Translations under genes and position numbers: made by a program | The notes under the pieces: generated by a model | What the model saw: only the letters and a program-made list of their open reading frames with translations | The model's database searches: none | Told to the model about the DNA's origin: nothing | Shown: positions 38,304-47,483 of the stretch, piece by piece | Layout: every line of letters begins with the position of its first letter | Numbering within the stretch: position 1 is the stretch's first letter | NCBI GenBank assembly: GCA_965198225.1 | Contig: CBDAOY010000006.1 | Coordinates: forward strand, 896,001 to 960,000 | Reading direction: 5' to 3' | Origin: Terriglobia bacterium | GTDB lineage: Bacteria; Acidobacteriota; Terriglobia; 20CM-2-55-15 | Length of the DNA: 64,000 nt

Positions 38304-40718
38304 CTATTCGGGCGCCGCTTCCGAGCCTGAAGTCGGGCTTTCTTGGCGCATCTGGAACGGCGCACTCGTGACGATGTTCATGACAAACGCCGAAAAACGG
38401 TTGTCAGCGCCCTCCGAGGCGCGTGCGATCGAGCGCACCGTCGGCATATCCCGGTGGTCCAACACCCGGCCGACGGCATAGGCCAGCAGGTTCTGCGTGA
38501 AGCTCCCAAGAAAGGTCACTGAACGGTTGAGGAGCGCCTGGCTCAGGCTACGGGCCCCCTCAAGCTTCGTTCCGTCGTACATCTCGGAAACCGGATCGAT
38601 CGGAAAGCCTCCTTCCGTGACGCGCCGACGCCCGATCGCATCGAAGTTCTCGAGTGTCAGGCCGAGCGGATCCATGATCTGGTGGCAGGCGTTGCACGCC
38701 GGGTTTTGTCGATGCTCGATCATCCGATCCCGGACCGTCAGCACCGCCTCGTTGTTGACGCTCTCCTTGAACGGTGGCACGACCGGGGGAGGCAGCGGGG
38801 GAGGCGAGCCGACCAGGACTTCCAGAACGTACTTTCCGCGCGCCACCGGGGACGTCCGGTTCGACAGGGAGGTGACGGTCAGGACGGCACCCTTGCCCAG
38901 CAACCCGAACCGATCCGGGTCGTCGAGCGTTACACGACGAAACGCGGTCCCCACTATGTTCGGGATGTCGTAGTGGGTGGCGAGCGCGCCGTCGACGTGG
39001 GTGTAGTCTGCCGTGAGCAAGTCCAATACGTTTCGATCCTCGCGCACGATCGTGTCAAAGAGAAGCTCGACCTCACGCCTCATCGACCGCGCCAGGTTCT
39101 TCGTGAAGTTGGGAAACAGAGTGCCCTCGGGATGGGCTTCTTCGATGCCCGTCAGCCGAAGCCACTGCATGGCGAAGTTCGTCGCCAGTGTTTCCGAGCG
39201 GGGGTCCGCCAGCATCCGTTCCACCTGCTCCCGGAGGATTCCTTCTTCCCGAAGCCTGCCATCATTTGCGACGGCCATCAGCTCGTCGTCCGGTGCCGTG
39301 CTCCAGAGGAAGTAGGACAGTCGGGAAGCCAGCTCGAGGTCGGTGATGCGGTAGCTTTCGCCGGGCCCGATACCGCCGGGCGCGCTTTCGAACCGGAACA
39401 CGAATTCCGGCATGGCGATCAGCGTCTGTATGGCCGTCCGGATCCCTGTTTCGAAATCACCCTTCGAGCGGCCCAGCTCATACATCAGCAGCAACCCTTC
39501 AAGATCCTCGGGGGTGGTCGGTCTCCGGAACGCCTTGCCGGCCAGTTGCGTGATGATGTCCCTTGCGCAGGGTTCTTCTTCAGTCGGACCGGAGGGGTAG
39601 CACGAAAAGATCTTGCGGCGGCTGGGTGTCTCGGACATTCCGGTGACTTCGAGCGGTCCGGTGATGGTGAAAGTCCTCAAGTGAGGCGGTAGTGAAGTCC
39701 CGGAGTTCCGACCATAGTCGAGATCCACGAGCGTCTGCTCCGTGACCCGATACTGGTCCTCGCCGGGACCTTCGTACTTCGACACGAACGCAGCCGAGAC
39801 CCGTCGCGGCCCGGCTTTGATTTCGATCGGATCGGTCACCATGACGCCGTCACCGAGCTCGTTCATCAGTGGGTCAATGGTGAACACCGCGACACGCTCT
39901 CCGTCGATCGAGATCTCGAGTTCCTGATACTGCAACGATTCCGGGAGCTCCCGTCCGATGAGGTCCCCCGTGTCGACATACCAGAGTTGCATCCGGAAGG
40001 TGTAGGTGCCGTCGGCCGGGAAGTTGTGAATGACGGAGAGCCCCCCACGGGTCCCGAACGGCGTCCCCTCGACATGCCGCATCTGGTTGACGACCTTCGG
40101 CACGTCGTATTGCTTGATAGCGACGACTGCGTCGGGATCGCCGATGGCGAGGCGCGCGATCGCATCGGCCGCGCGGACGTAGGCCTGCATGAGTGCCGGC
40201 GTGACCGTCAGGGCTTCGGCCATGTTGTCGAAACCGCCCGTTCGGCCGTCGGGGGGGAGCAGGGAAGCAACCTCTACATCGATGCCCAGAAGGTCGTGGA
40301 TCGAGTTGCGGTATTCCTTGCGGTTGACGCGGTGGAGGTCGGGCGCGCTGACGTTGGGGCTGTCGGCCGCTGCCTGATCGATGCGGGTTTCCAGGGCCGC
40401 CGCCAGAGCCTGCAGCGCATCGTCATCCGGCCGGGACGCACCGGCGGGAGGCATCATGCCGGCCCGCAGTTTCCGGATGATTTCTTCAGCCTGCGCGGCG
40501 TTCCGCTCGGGGTGCGCCACATTCACTTCAGACCACGAGAAACCGCCCTCTCTCAGGCTGTCGTCGTGGCAGTAGGCACAGTAGTCGTTCACCAGCGCGC
40601 GTTGGGCACCCACCGCCGCCGGATCCTCGGCGCTCTCCTGGGCGTAGGCGTAGCCAGGTCCCAGGATCAGGGAGGCGAGGAGGATGATCAGGCTGCTGCG
40701 AACCGAGGTTGTTCTCAT
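38304..40718 (-). CDS. DUF1592/1588/1587/1585/1595 cytochrome c-containing protein (copy 1)
   Basis: Signal peptide; CAYCH and CNACH heme motifs, KLRAGMMPP, HRVNRKEY, ELASRLSYFLWS, TSPVARG, ENFDAIG. Confidence 0.9.
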   Translation of the reverse strand: MRTTSVRSSLIILLASLILGPGYAYAQESAEDPAAVGAQRALVNDYCAYCHDDSLREGGFSWSEVNVAHPERNAAQAEEIIRKLRAGMMPPAGASRPDDDALQALAAALETRIDQAAADSPNVSAPDLHRVNRKEYRNSIHDLLGIDVEVASLLPPDGRTGGFDNMAEALTVTPALMQAYVRAADAIARLAIGDPDAVVAIKQYDVPKVVNQMRHVEGTPFGTRGGLSVIHNFPADGTYTFRMQLWYVDTGDLIGRELPESLQYQELEISIDGERVAVFTIDPLMNELGDGVMVTDPIEIKAGPRRVSAAFVSKYEGPGEDQYRVTEQTLVDLDYGRNSGTSLPPHLRTFTITGPLEVTGMSETPSRRKIFSCYPSGPTEEEPCARDIITQLAGKAFRRPTTPEDLEGLLLMYELGRSKGDFETGIRTAIQTLIAMPEFVFRFESAPGGIGPGESYRITDLELASRLSYFLWSTAPDDELMAVANDGRLREEGILREQVERMLADPRSETLATNFAMQWLRLTGIEEAHPEGTLFPNFTKNLARSMRREVELLFDTIVREDRNVLDLLTADYTHVDGALATHYDIPNIVGTAFRRVTLDDPDRFGLLGKGAVLTVTSLSNRTSPVARGKYVLEVLVGSPPPLPPPVVPPFKESVNNEAVLTVRDRMIEHRQNPACNACHQIMDPLGLTLENFDAIGRRRVTEGGFPIDPVSEMYDGTKLEGARSLSQALLNRSVTFLGSFTQNLLAYAVGRVLDHRDMPTVRSIARASEGADNRFSAFVMNIVTSAPFQMRQESPTSGSEAAPE

Positions 40719-40734
40719 CTTGTCAATTTTTGGT

Positions 40735-40862
40735 TTCGAATCTCCAATGGCTAATCTGCGCTGTGGGTTTTCAAATAGGCAACTTGTGCCGAAGCGTCAT
40801 TGCAGATTTGACTATCGAAAAATCCACATTTGAAATTCGAGACTGGAAATTCGAAATCTCGT
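40735..40862. repeat. AT-rich heptamer-period / hairpin element
   Basis: GAATCTCCAATGGCTAATCTGC..TGTGGGTTTTCAAAT is a degenerate copy of the 13192/26444 element; also GAAATTC GAGACTG GAAATTC GAAATCT. Confidence 0.6.
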
Positions 40863-40932
40863 ATTTTTTTGGCGATCTTCGAGGTCCGATTGTAAATCAC
40901 CTCTGGAAATAACGGAAATTGCGGCGAAAGGA

Positions 40933-41493
40933 TCAGGGAAGCAGAACGTCAATCTGGAGGCGGCATTCGGGTAACAGCTGCGGCGCGATGAAATCACCGC
41001 GGTGAAACTGACGGACGAGACGATAGGAATTGTCACCAAGATCGGAGTATGCGAACAGGCAATCGTTTTTGACATCCGCAACCCAGTACTCCGGGATTCC
41101 CGTTTCCGCGTAGAGACGCTTTTTCACGGTCCGATCGTATTCAAGTGAGGACTCGGCGATTTCGACGACCAGGAGGATGTCCGGCGGGCCCGGATGCGCG
41201 GAAGCATAAAAATCCTCTCTCGGCCGGAGCAACACGATGTCGGGCTGAGGTTCGTCATACTCATCCAGACGGACAGCGCCCTGCACACGCACGATCGCAC
41301 TGTCGCCCGTGATGTTCACGATGGCCCGGGTCGCACGATCCACCGCGGCACAATGGGGCGGCCCGATCGGGCTCATGGCGAGGATCTCCCCCCGGATGAG
41401 CTCCACGCGATCTTCTTTCGACAAGATGCCGGCCTCGCCCATGCGATGGTAATCGTGAACCGTGAAAAGCCTTCTTGTGAGTTCGACAGGCAT
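40933..41493 (-). CDS. Uma2-family PD-(D/E)xK endonuclease-like protein
   Basis: RVELIRGEILAMSPIGPPH, EPQPDIVLL, LLVVEIAESS, KKRLYAETGIPEYWVAD. Confidence 0.92.
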   Translation of the reverse strand: MPVELTRRLFTVHDYHRMGEAGILSKEDRVELIRGEILAMSPIGPPHCAAVDRATRAIVNITGDSAIVRVQGAVRLDEYDEPQPDIVLLRPREDFYASAHPGPPDILLVVEIAESSLEYDRTVKKRLYAETGIPEYWVADVKNDCLFAYSDLGDNSYRLVRQFHRGDFIAPQLLPECRLQIDVLLP

Positions 41494-41648
41494 AAACGCA
41501 CTGCCAGAATAGCGCAGATCCGTCGCCAAGGCTAAGTCACTGATTTGGTGTGACTCGTCGCAGGGAATGATCCCTTTTCCTGCGACAAGGCGACTGTTAA
41601 TCCGGAGGGGGTGCGATCTGCATCAAGGAAGGGGAGGGGTGGCCTGAC

Positions 41649-41721
41649 ATTCGAAATTCGAAATCTCAAATCCCTTCGGACAATTTCAAATCTCGAATCT
41701 CCAATTGAACAATCTCCAATC
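41649..41721. repeat. AT-rich heptamer-period tandem repeat
   Basis: TTCGAAA TTCGAAA TCTCAAA ... TTTCAAA TCTCGAA TCTCCAA TTGAACAA TCTCCAA, just after the ankyrin-2 stop codon. Confidence 0.65.
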
Positions 41722-41722
41722 T

Positions 41723-43381
41723 TCAGGGTCCGCCCTGAGTCCTTACTACACACGTGGAGGCCCGACAGTTGTCCGAGTTCTCCGAGCCCAGGGCCTCGAG
41801 AAAACCGACAGTCTCGGGATACTGCATGTTGTGCGCTCTCGGGCCGTTTGCCATGTCGGCGACGGTGTCCCCGGTTTCCTCCTCAACATCCAGGTCGCTG
41901 CGACCGGCGCCGCCGAAGACACTGCTGGCCCGGGCTTTGACGTCCGCACCCATGGCCATCAGATAGAGGATCACATCGTGGTCGATGGTGAGCGCGGCGC
42001 CATGCAGTGGTGTGTAGCCTTGATTGTCTCCCAGATTGGGATCCCCGCCGATTTCCTCCACGAGGTACTTCACGGCAGCCAACCGCTTGCCTGGCGCGAA
42101 GGCGGTGACCTGCGGTTCAAAGCCGAAACCCGCGGCGACCAACAGAGGCGTCGCTCCCCGCTTCGACGGGATGGTCGGATTGGCGCCGGCGGCGATCAGA
42201 AGCTTCATCGCAGGGACATCATTGGCTTTAGCAGCGAGCCAGAACGGGGTAGCGCCCGGCGGTCTTGCCCAGTCTCCATGTTCGGTGCGGTACCACGGTT
42301 TGTTGATCAGTCTCTGGTTGGGATTGGCTCCCGCCTCCAGGAGTGCACTCACCAGATCGAGATAGTTGGTCGCTTCCTGGTCGATGGTCGGGGCGGGATA
42401 CCATGTGCGCTCGGCCCATTGCGCGTCGATCGTCGCATACAGTGCCGCCTGGCCGTCGACGTTTGGCAGGTTGGGATTGGCGCCGGCTTCGAGGAGGAAG
42501 CTGCCGATGTCGAGGTGCCCGTTGGCGATGGCCGATGTCAGGACGCTCGTTCGATCCGCGACCGACACCTGGTCGATGTCGGCTTCGGCCTCCACCAGCT
42601 CTCGTACGGCGTCCATGTGACCCTGTCGCGCCGCAAAGTGCAGAGCGGTCATGCCCCCCATGGGTATTTCGTCGTGGTCCTCCTTGACAAGGATCCGGCC
42701 GTCCTCGGAGCGGTACCTGTCGTCCGACTTGATGACCTTGGTCACTCGCGTCACCGCGTCCAGGTCGGCGCCGCCCGCAGCGAGCGCCCGGATGACTTGC
42801 GCTCGACCCTGCGACGAGGCGAACATCAACGCTGTCTGCTCGTTAGTCGTGTCTTTGGCGTTCGCGTCCGCACCGCGATCGAGCAATACCCCCACAGCCT
42901 CCGGCTTGCCCGCGGCCGCGGCGTACATCAGCGTCGTCGTGCCGTTGGCGTCGGCGTAAGCCGGGTCGGTCCCGGCTTCCAGCAGAAGCGTGATCATGGC
43001 CGTGTTACCGTTCTTGGCGGCCATCACGATTGGAATGAGATCGCCCACACGGGTCGTGGCATCCACGTCTGCTCCCGCTTCGACCAGCAGGGTCGCCAGC
43101 TCCAGGTCGTCCCGGTATGCGGCCCAGTGCAGTGCGGTCGTGCCGTCGCCCTGGGGAGCGTTGACATCGGCCTGCTGATCGAGCAAGGTCCGCACGGACT
43201 CGGCATCGCCGTGCATGGCCGCATCCGCGATCGGCGAATCCACGGCGGAGGCCGACGCCAGGGTGGCCGCGAACAGAAAGACTAATCCGACAAAGGTGTA
43301 GGTGCGCTCTATAAGCGCACGTTGTTTCGTTTCGCGGGATGTGCGGTCATAGACCGCACCTACACGGCCTTCGCGTTTCAT
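41723..43381 (-). CDS. Exported ankyrin-repeat protein (copy 2)
   Basis: Paralogue of 34953-36701. Its ATG overlaps the DUF1552 stop (ATGA) and a REPIN lies in frame in the signal n-region. Confidence 0.9.
   Translation of the reverse strand: MKREGRVGAVYDRTSRETKQRALIERTYTFVGLVFLFAATLASASAVDSPIADAAMHGDAESVRTLLDQQADVNAPQGDGTTALHWAAYRDDLELATLLVEAGADVDATTRVGDLIPIVMAAKNGNTAMITLLLEAGTDPAYADANGTTTLMYAAAAGKPEAVGVLLDRGADANAKDTTNEQTALMFASSQGRAQVIRALAAGGADLDAVTRVTKVIKSDDRYRSEDGRILVKEDHDEIPMGGMTALHFAARQGHMDAVRELVEAEADIDQVSVADRTSVLTSAIANGHLDIGSFLLEAGANPNLPNVDGQAALYATIDAQWAERTWYPAPTIDQEATNYLDLVSALLEAGANPNQRLINKPWYRTEHGDWARPPGATPFWLAAKANDVPAMKLLIAAGANPTIPSKRGATPLLVAAGFGFEPQVTAFAPGKRLAAVKYLVEEIGGDPNLGDNQGYTPLHGAALTIDHDVILYLMAMGADVKARASSVFGGAGRSDLDVEEETGDTVADMANGPRAHNMQYPETVGFLEALGSENSDNCRASTCVVRTQGGP
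43296..43365 (-). repeat. REPIN inside the ankyrin-2 coding sequence
   Basis: 70 bp, differing by two substitutions from 36568-36637. Confidence 0.9.
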
Positions 43382-44748
43382 ATCGAAAAAACTCCCGTGC
43401 TGTCGCCGAAGATTTCGTCACGCACGCCCAGCTTGTGCAGAACCGTCAGCAGGGCATTCGCCTGCGGGGTGTCGTCCCGAGCCCGGACGTGCAGGTTGCC
43501 CTGCACCCGACCTGATGCGTGACCGGCCAGGACAAAAGGAACCCGCTTGTGGCCGTGGACGTTGCTGTCGCCCATGGGGCTGCCGTAGAGGATCAGCGAG
43601 TGGTCCAGCAGGTTTCCGTCACCGTCTGGCGTGTTCCGCAGCCTGTCGAGGAAGTGGGTCAGCACATCGATGTGATGCCGGTTGATCAGGGCAAAGTCCT
43701 CGATCTGCTCCGGATCCTGCCGGTGATGCGACGCCGAGTGGAACGGCGCGCTCGTGCCGCTGTCCGGGTAGGTCCGCTGGCTCGTGTCGCGCCCCAGTTT
43801 CAGCGAAGCCGCTCGTGTCACGTCCACCGAAAAGGCTACTACCTGAAGGTCAAACATGAGTTTGACGTGGTCTTCCCATGAGTCGGGGACACCGACGGGA
43901 GCATTCGGCAGTTCTCGCTGGACGCCCGACGCGTTGTAGGCCTCGATTCTCTGGATGCGTCTCTCGATCTCCCGAACGTTGTCGAGATAGTCGTTCAGTC
44001 GATTGCGATCCACTGGATCCAACTCGTTCCGCACCCGGGCCACGGAGTTTGCGATGCGATCGAGGATGCTGCGATTGACCTCACGCCGCGCCGCCCGTTC
44101 CTCCGGAGAGCCGCCCGAGCCGAAGAGTTGTTCGAAAGCCAGGCGCGGGTCCGGGGTCATCGGCAGGGGAGTCGTGGGTGATGACCAGCTAAGCGTTTCC
44201 ATGTAGACGCAACTGTAGTGGTAGCCGCAGGCCCCGGTGGTTTCCTGGTTCTCGATGCTGAGCTGGATCGACGGTACGGGAGTGTCCTGGCCGAACCTCT
44301 GCGCATAGAGCTGGTCTACCGATGTCCCGCAGTAGACGTCGGAGCCCTCGGTCTGCTTGGGATGACCGGCAGTCAGGAAGACGGCACTGGAGCGGAAGTG
44401 GTCGGCTCCGACCTCCTCCGGTGTCAGGGGGTCCGCCTGGGCGCAGTCCGTGTTGCTGATGACGGTCGTGTAGTCTCGGAACGGCTCCAGGGGCTCGAGG
44501 ATCTTGCTCAATTCGAAATCCCGGCCCTCTTTCTCCGGAGCCCACAGGTGTTTCTCGGTCCCGTACATCGTGCTGCCCGCCGAGCCGTGAACGATCTCGA
44601 TGCCGGCAAAGCGCGGGCGCGGTGCGGCTGCCGTCTGCCGGATCGGGGTCTGGGCCGGAACCATGGATTCCAGAAAAGGCAGCGCGACGGCCGCTCCCAT
44701 GCCTCGAAGAACAGTTCGTCTTGAAATGTGTTTCTTTGTGATGAACAT
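43378..44748 (-). CDS. DUF1552 (HXXSHH) Tat-exported protein (copy 2)
   Basis: SRRTVLRG Tat motif and FHSASHH; paralogue of 36873-38243. Confidence 0.9.
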   Translation of the reverse strand: MFITKKHISRRTVLRGMGAAVALPFLESMVPAQTPIRQTAAAPRPRFAGIEIVHGSAGSTMYGTEKHLWAPEKEGRDFELSKILEPLEPFRDYTTVISNTDCAQADPLTPEEVGADHFRSSAVFLTAGHPKQTEGSDVYCGTSVDQLYAQRFGQDTPVPSIQLSIENQETTGACGYHYSCVYMETLSWSSPTTPLPMTPDPRLAFEQLFGSGGSPEERAARREVNRSILDRIANSVARVRNELDPVDRNRLNDYLDNVREIERRIQRIEAYNASGVQRELPNAPVGVPDSWEDHVKLMFDLQVVAFSVDVTRAASLKLGRDTSQRTYPDSGTSAPFHSASHHRQDPEQIEDFALINRHHIDVLTHFLDRLRNTPDGDGNLLDHSLILYGSPMGDSNVHGHKRVPFVLAGHASGRVQGNLHVRARDDTPQANALLTVLHKLGVRDEIFGDSTGVFSI

Positions 44749-44802
44749 GGATCCGACTCTCCTTTTCTTCCCCAAAGCTCAGGAAACTCGCGAAGCTCGA
44801 TC

Positions 44803-47223
44803 CTACTTGCCGGCCTCCGTGGACGCCTGTCTGAATTGTCGCATCTGGAACGGGGCGCTCTTCACGACATTCATGATGAATGCCGAGAAAAGGTCCCCGT
44901 CATCGGCTGCCGCCCGTACGATTGTGCGAACCGTGGGCATATCCCTGTGATCCAACACCCTGCCGAGAGCGTACGCCAGCAGGTTTTGAGCAAAGCTGCC
45001 CAGAAACGCATCGGAACGCTTTACGATTGCCTGCCGCAGGCTGTTCGGTCCGTCCAGCTTCGTTCCGTCGTACATCTCGGCGGCCGGATCGATCAGGGAA
45101 CCTCCGTCGTTGGGACGCCAACGCCCGACCGCGTCGAAATTCTCCATCGTCAGTCCGATCGGGTCCATGATCTGGTGGCAGGCGTTGCATACGGGGTTTT
45201 CCCGATGCTCCATCATGCGCTCGCGCACCGTCGACACCACATCGTTGTCGCCCGCTTCCTTGAAGGGCGGTACGACCGGAGGAGGCAGTGGTGGAGGCGA
45301 TCCGACCAGGACTTCCAGTACGTACTTGCCGCGTGAGACGGGCGACGTGCGGTTCGCTTGCGAAGTCACGGTCAATACGGCGCCTTTTCCCAGCAGTCCG
45401 AAACGGTTCGGATCGTCGAGCACAACACGGCGGAATCGGTTTCCGAGGATGTTTGGAATTCCGTAATGCCTGGCCAGTGCCTCGTCGACGAACGTGTAAT
45501 CTGCCGTAAGCAAATCGAGAACGCTTCGATCCTCGCGAACGATGCTGTCGAAGAGCAACTCGACTTCACGCTGCATCGACCGTCCCAGATTGCTCGTGTA
45601 CTCGGGGAACAGGACGCCCTCCGGGTGCACGTCATGCATGCCTGTCAGGCGCAGCCATTGCATTGCGAAGTTCGTCGCAAGCGTCTCCGACCGTGGTCCA
45701 CCGAGCATGCGCCGGACCTGCTGTTCGAGGACACCCTCTTCACGCAGTCGACCCTGGTTCGCGATCTCGATGAGTTCGGCGTCGGGCGCCGAGCTCCATA
45801 GGAAGTAGGACAACCGCGAAGCGAGCTCGAGGTCGCTGACCCGGTAGCTTTCTCCAGGCCCGATGCCGGCGGGAACGCGCTCGAATCGGAATACGAAGTC
45901 CGGCATTGCGATCAGCGTCTGCACCGCGGTTCGGATTCCATTCTCGAAATCGCCCTTCGAGCGGCCCAGTTCGTACATCTGCAGCAGCCCTTCGAGGTCT
46001 TCCGGAGTGGCCGGTCTTCGGAATGCCCGGGTCGCCAGATCCGTGATGATGTTCTGCGCGCAGGCTGCCTCTTCGCTCGCATCGTTCGGATAGCAGCTGA
46101 AGATCTTGCGGCGGCTGGCGGTTTCGGACACGCCGGTGACTTTCAAAGGACCCGTGACCGTCATGGTTCTCACGTGAGGCAGCATCGTATTCGGGCTGAT
46201 CAGGCCCCAATCGACATTCACCAGCGTCTGTTCCCACAGCACGAACTGGTCCTCGACGGGACCTTCGAATTTCGAGGGGAAAGCAGCCGCAACTCGGTGT
46301 GCCCCCGCTTTGACCGGAACCGGTCCGGTGTCCATGATCCCGTCCCCGAGTTCGTCAAACAGCGGATGGATAGTGAACAGACCGACCCGCTCGCCGTCAA
46401 CGGAAACCTCGAGCTGCTGGCCCTGCAACGATTCCGGAAGATCCCTGCCGACAAGCTCCCCCATCGTGACGTACCAGAGTTGTATGTGGAAGGAGTACTC
46501 GCCGTCGGCCGGAAAGTTGTGAATGACGGACGTTCCACCGCGGGTTCCGAACGGCGCACCCTCGATGTGCCGCATCTGGTTGACGACTTTTGGGACGTCG
46601 TACTGCGTCATGATCGGGCCGGCTTCGGGGTCGCCGACCGCCAGACGTGCGATCGTCTCGGCGGCTCGAACATAGGCCTGCATGAGGCCCGGCGTGACCG
46701 TCAGAGCTTCAGACATGTTGTCGAAACCGCCGGTCTTGGAGTCGGGCGGCAGCAGCGTCGAAGCGTCAACGTCCACGCCAAGAAGGTCGCGGATCGAGTT
46801 GCGGTATTCCTTGCGGTTGACGCGGTGGAGATCGGGTGCATCGACATGGGGGCTGGCGGCAACACTCTGATCGATTCGGTCGGCCAATACATCGGCCAAT
46901 GCTTCGAGTGCCTCCTCATCCGGGCGCGGCGCACCGAAAGGAGGCATCATGCCGGCTTTCAGTTTGCGTATGATTTTTTCAGCCTGCTCAGCGTTCTGCG
47001 CCGGGTGTGCCACATCGACTTCCGACCAGGAAAAGCCGCCCTCGATCAAAGCATCGTTGTGACAGTAGGCACAGTATTCGTTCACGAGTGCCCGCTGCGA
47101 CTCTACATCGGATGGATCGTTGCTCGCCTGGCCGTAAGCCGGCGTAACCAAATCGGGGGTGCCGAGCCCCACGGCCATGAAACCGGACAGGACCAGCCAT
47201 CTATACACTGACATTATTCCCAT
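44803..47223 (-). CDS. DUF1592-family cytochrome c-containing protein (copy 2; start approximate)
   Basis: CAYCH and CNACH motifs; paralogue of 38304-40718. Confidence 0.9.
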   Translation of the reverse strand: MGIMSVYRWLVLSGFMAVGLGTPDLVTPAYGQASNDPSDVESQRALVNEYCAYCHNDALIEGGFSWSEVDVAHPAQNAEQAEKIIRKLKAGMMPPFGAPRPDEEALEALADVLADRIDQSVAASPHVDAPDLHRVNRKEYRNSIRDLLGVDVDASTLLPPDSKTGGFDNMSEALTVTPGLMQAYVRAAETIARLAVGDPEAGPIMTQYDVPKVVNQMRHIEGAPFGTRGGTSVIHNFPADGEYSFHIQLWYVTMGELVGRDLPESLQGQQLEVSVDGERVGLFTIHPLFDELGDGIMDTGPVPVKAGAHRVAAAFPSKFEGPVEDQFVLWEQTLVNVDWGLISPNTMLPHVRTMTVTGPLKVTGVSETASRRKIFSCYPNDASEEAACAQNIITDLATRAFRRPATPEDLEGLLQMYELGRSKGDFENGIRTAVQTLIAMPDFVFRFERVPAGIGPGESYRVSDLELASRLSYFLWSSAPDAELIEIANQGRLREEGVLEQQVRRMLGGPRSETLATNFAMQWLRLTGMHDVHPEGVLFPEYTSNLGRSMQREVELLFDSIVREDRSVLDLLTADYTFVDEALARHYGIPNILGNRFRRVVLDDPNRFGLLGKGAVLTVTSQANRTSPVSRGKYVLEVLVGSPPPLPPPVVPPFKEAGDNDVVSTVRERMMEHRENPVCNACHQIMDPIGLTMENFDAVGRWRPNDGGSLIDPAAEMYDGTKLDGPNSLRQAIVKRSDAFLGSFAQNLLAYALGRVLDHRDMPTVRTIVRAAADDGDLFSAFIMNVVKSAPFQMRQFRQASTEAGK

Positions 47224-47409
47224 GAAAGCCTTTGTTCTTACCAAACCTGCAAGCTATGAGCCGGGAGCCCGTTCCGTAACACACCCAAGACCTGCCCTGC
47301 CGCAGGTTCGTAAATGATTCCACCAGAGAAAGTTACAGCTCTCCAGTAGAGTAGGCTAAAAGGGTCCCGGCGAGATGTCAATCGGTTTCAATAGTGACTT
47401 CGTCAGACC

Positions 47410-47440
47410 AACAAAGAAGGGTCACCGTTCGGTGACCCTC
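47410..47440 (-). terminator. Intrinsic terminator
   Basis: Minus-strand hairpin AGGGTCACCG-AA-CGGTGACCCT followed by TCTTTGTT. Confidence 0.65.
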
Positions 47441-47483
47441 CTTGTTCGTTTGGCGGAGTTTGACTCCGATAGCGAGTGTTGAG

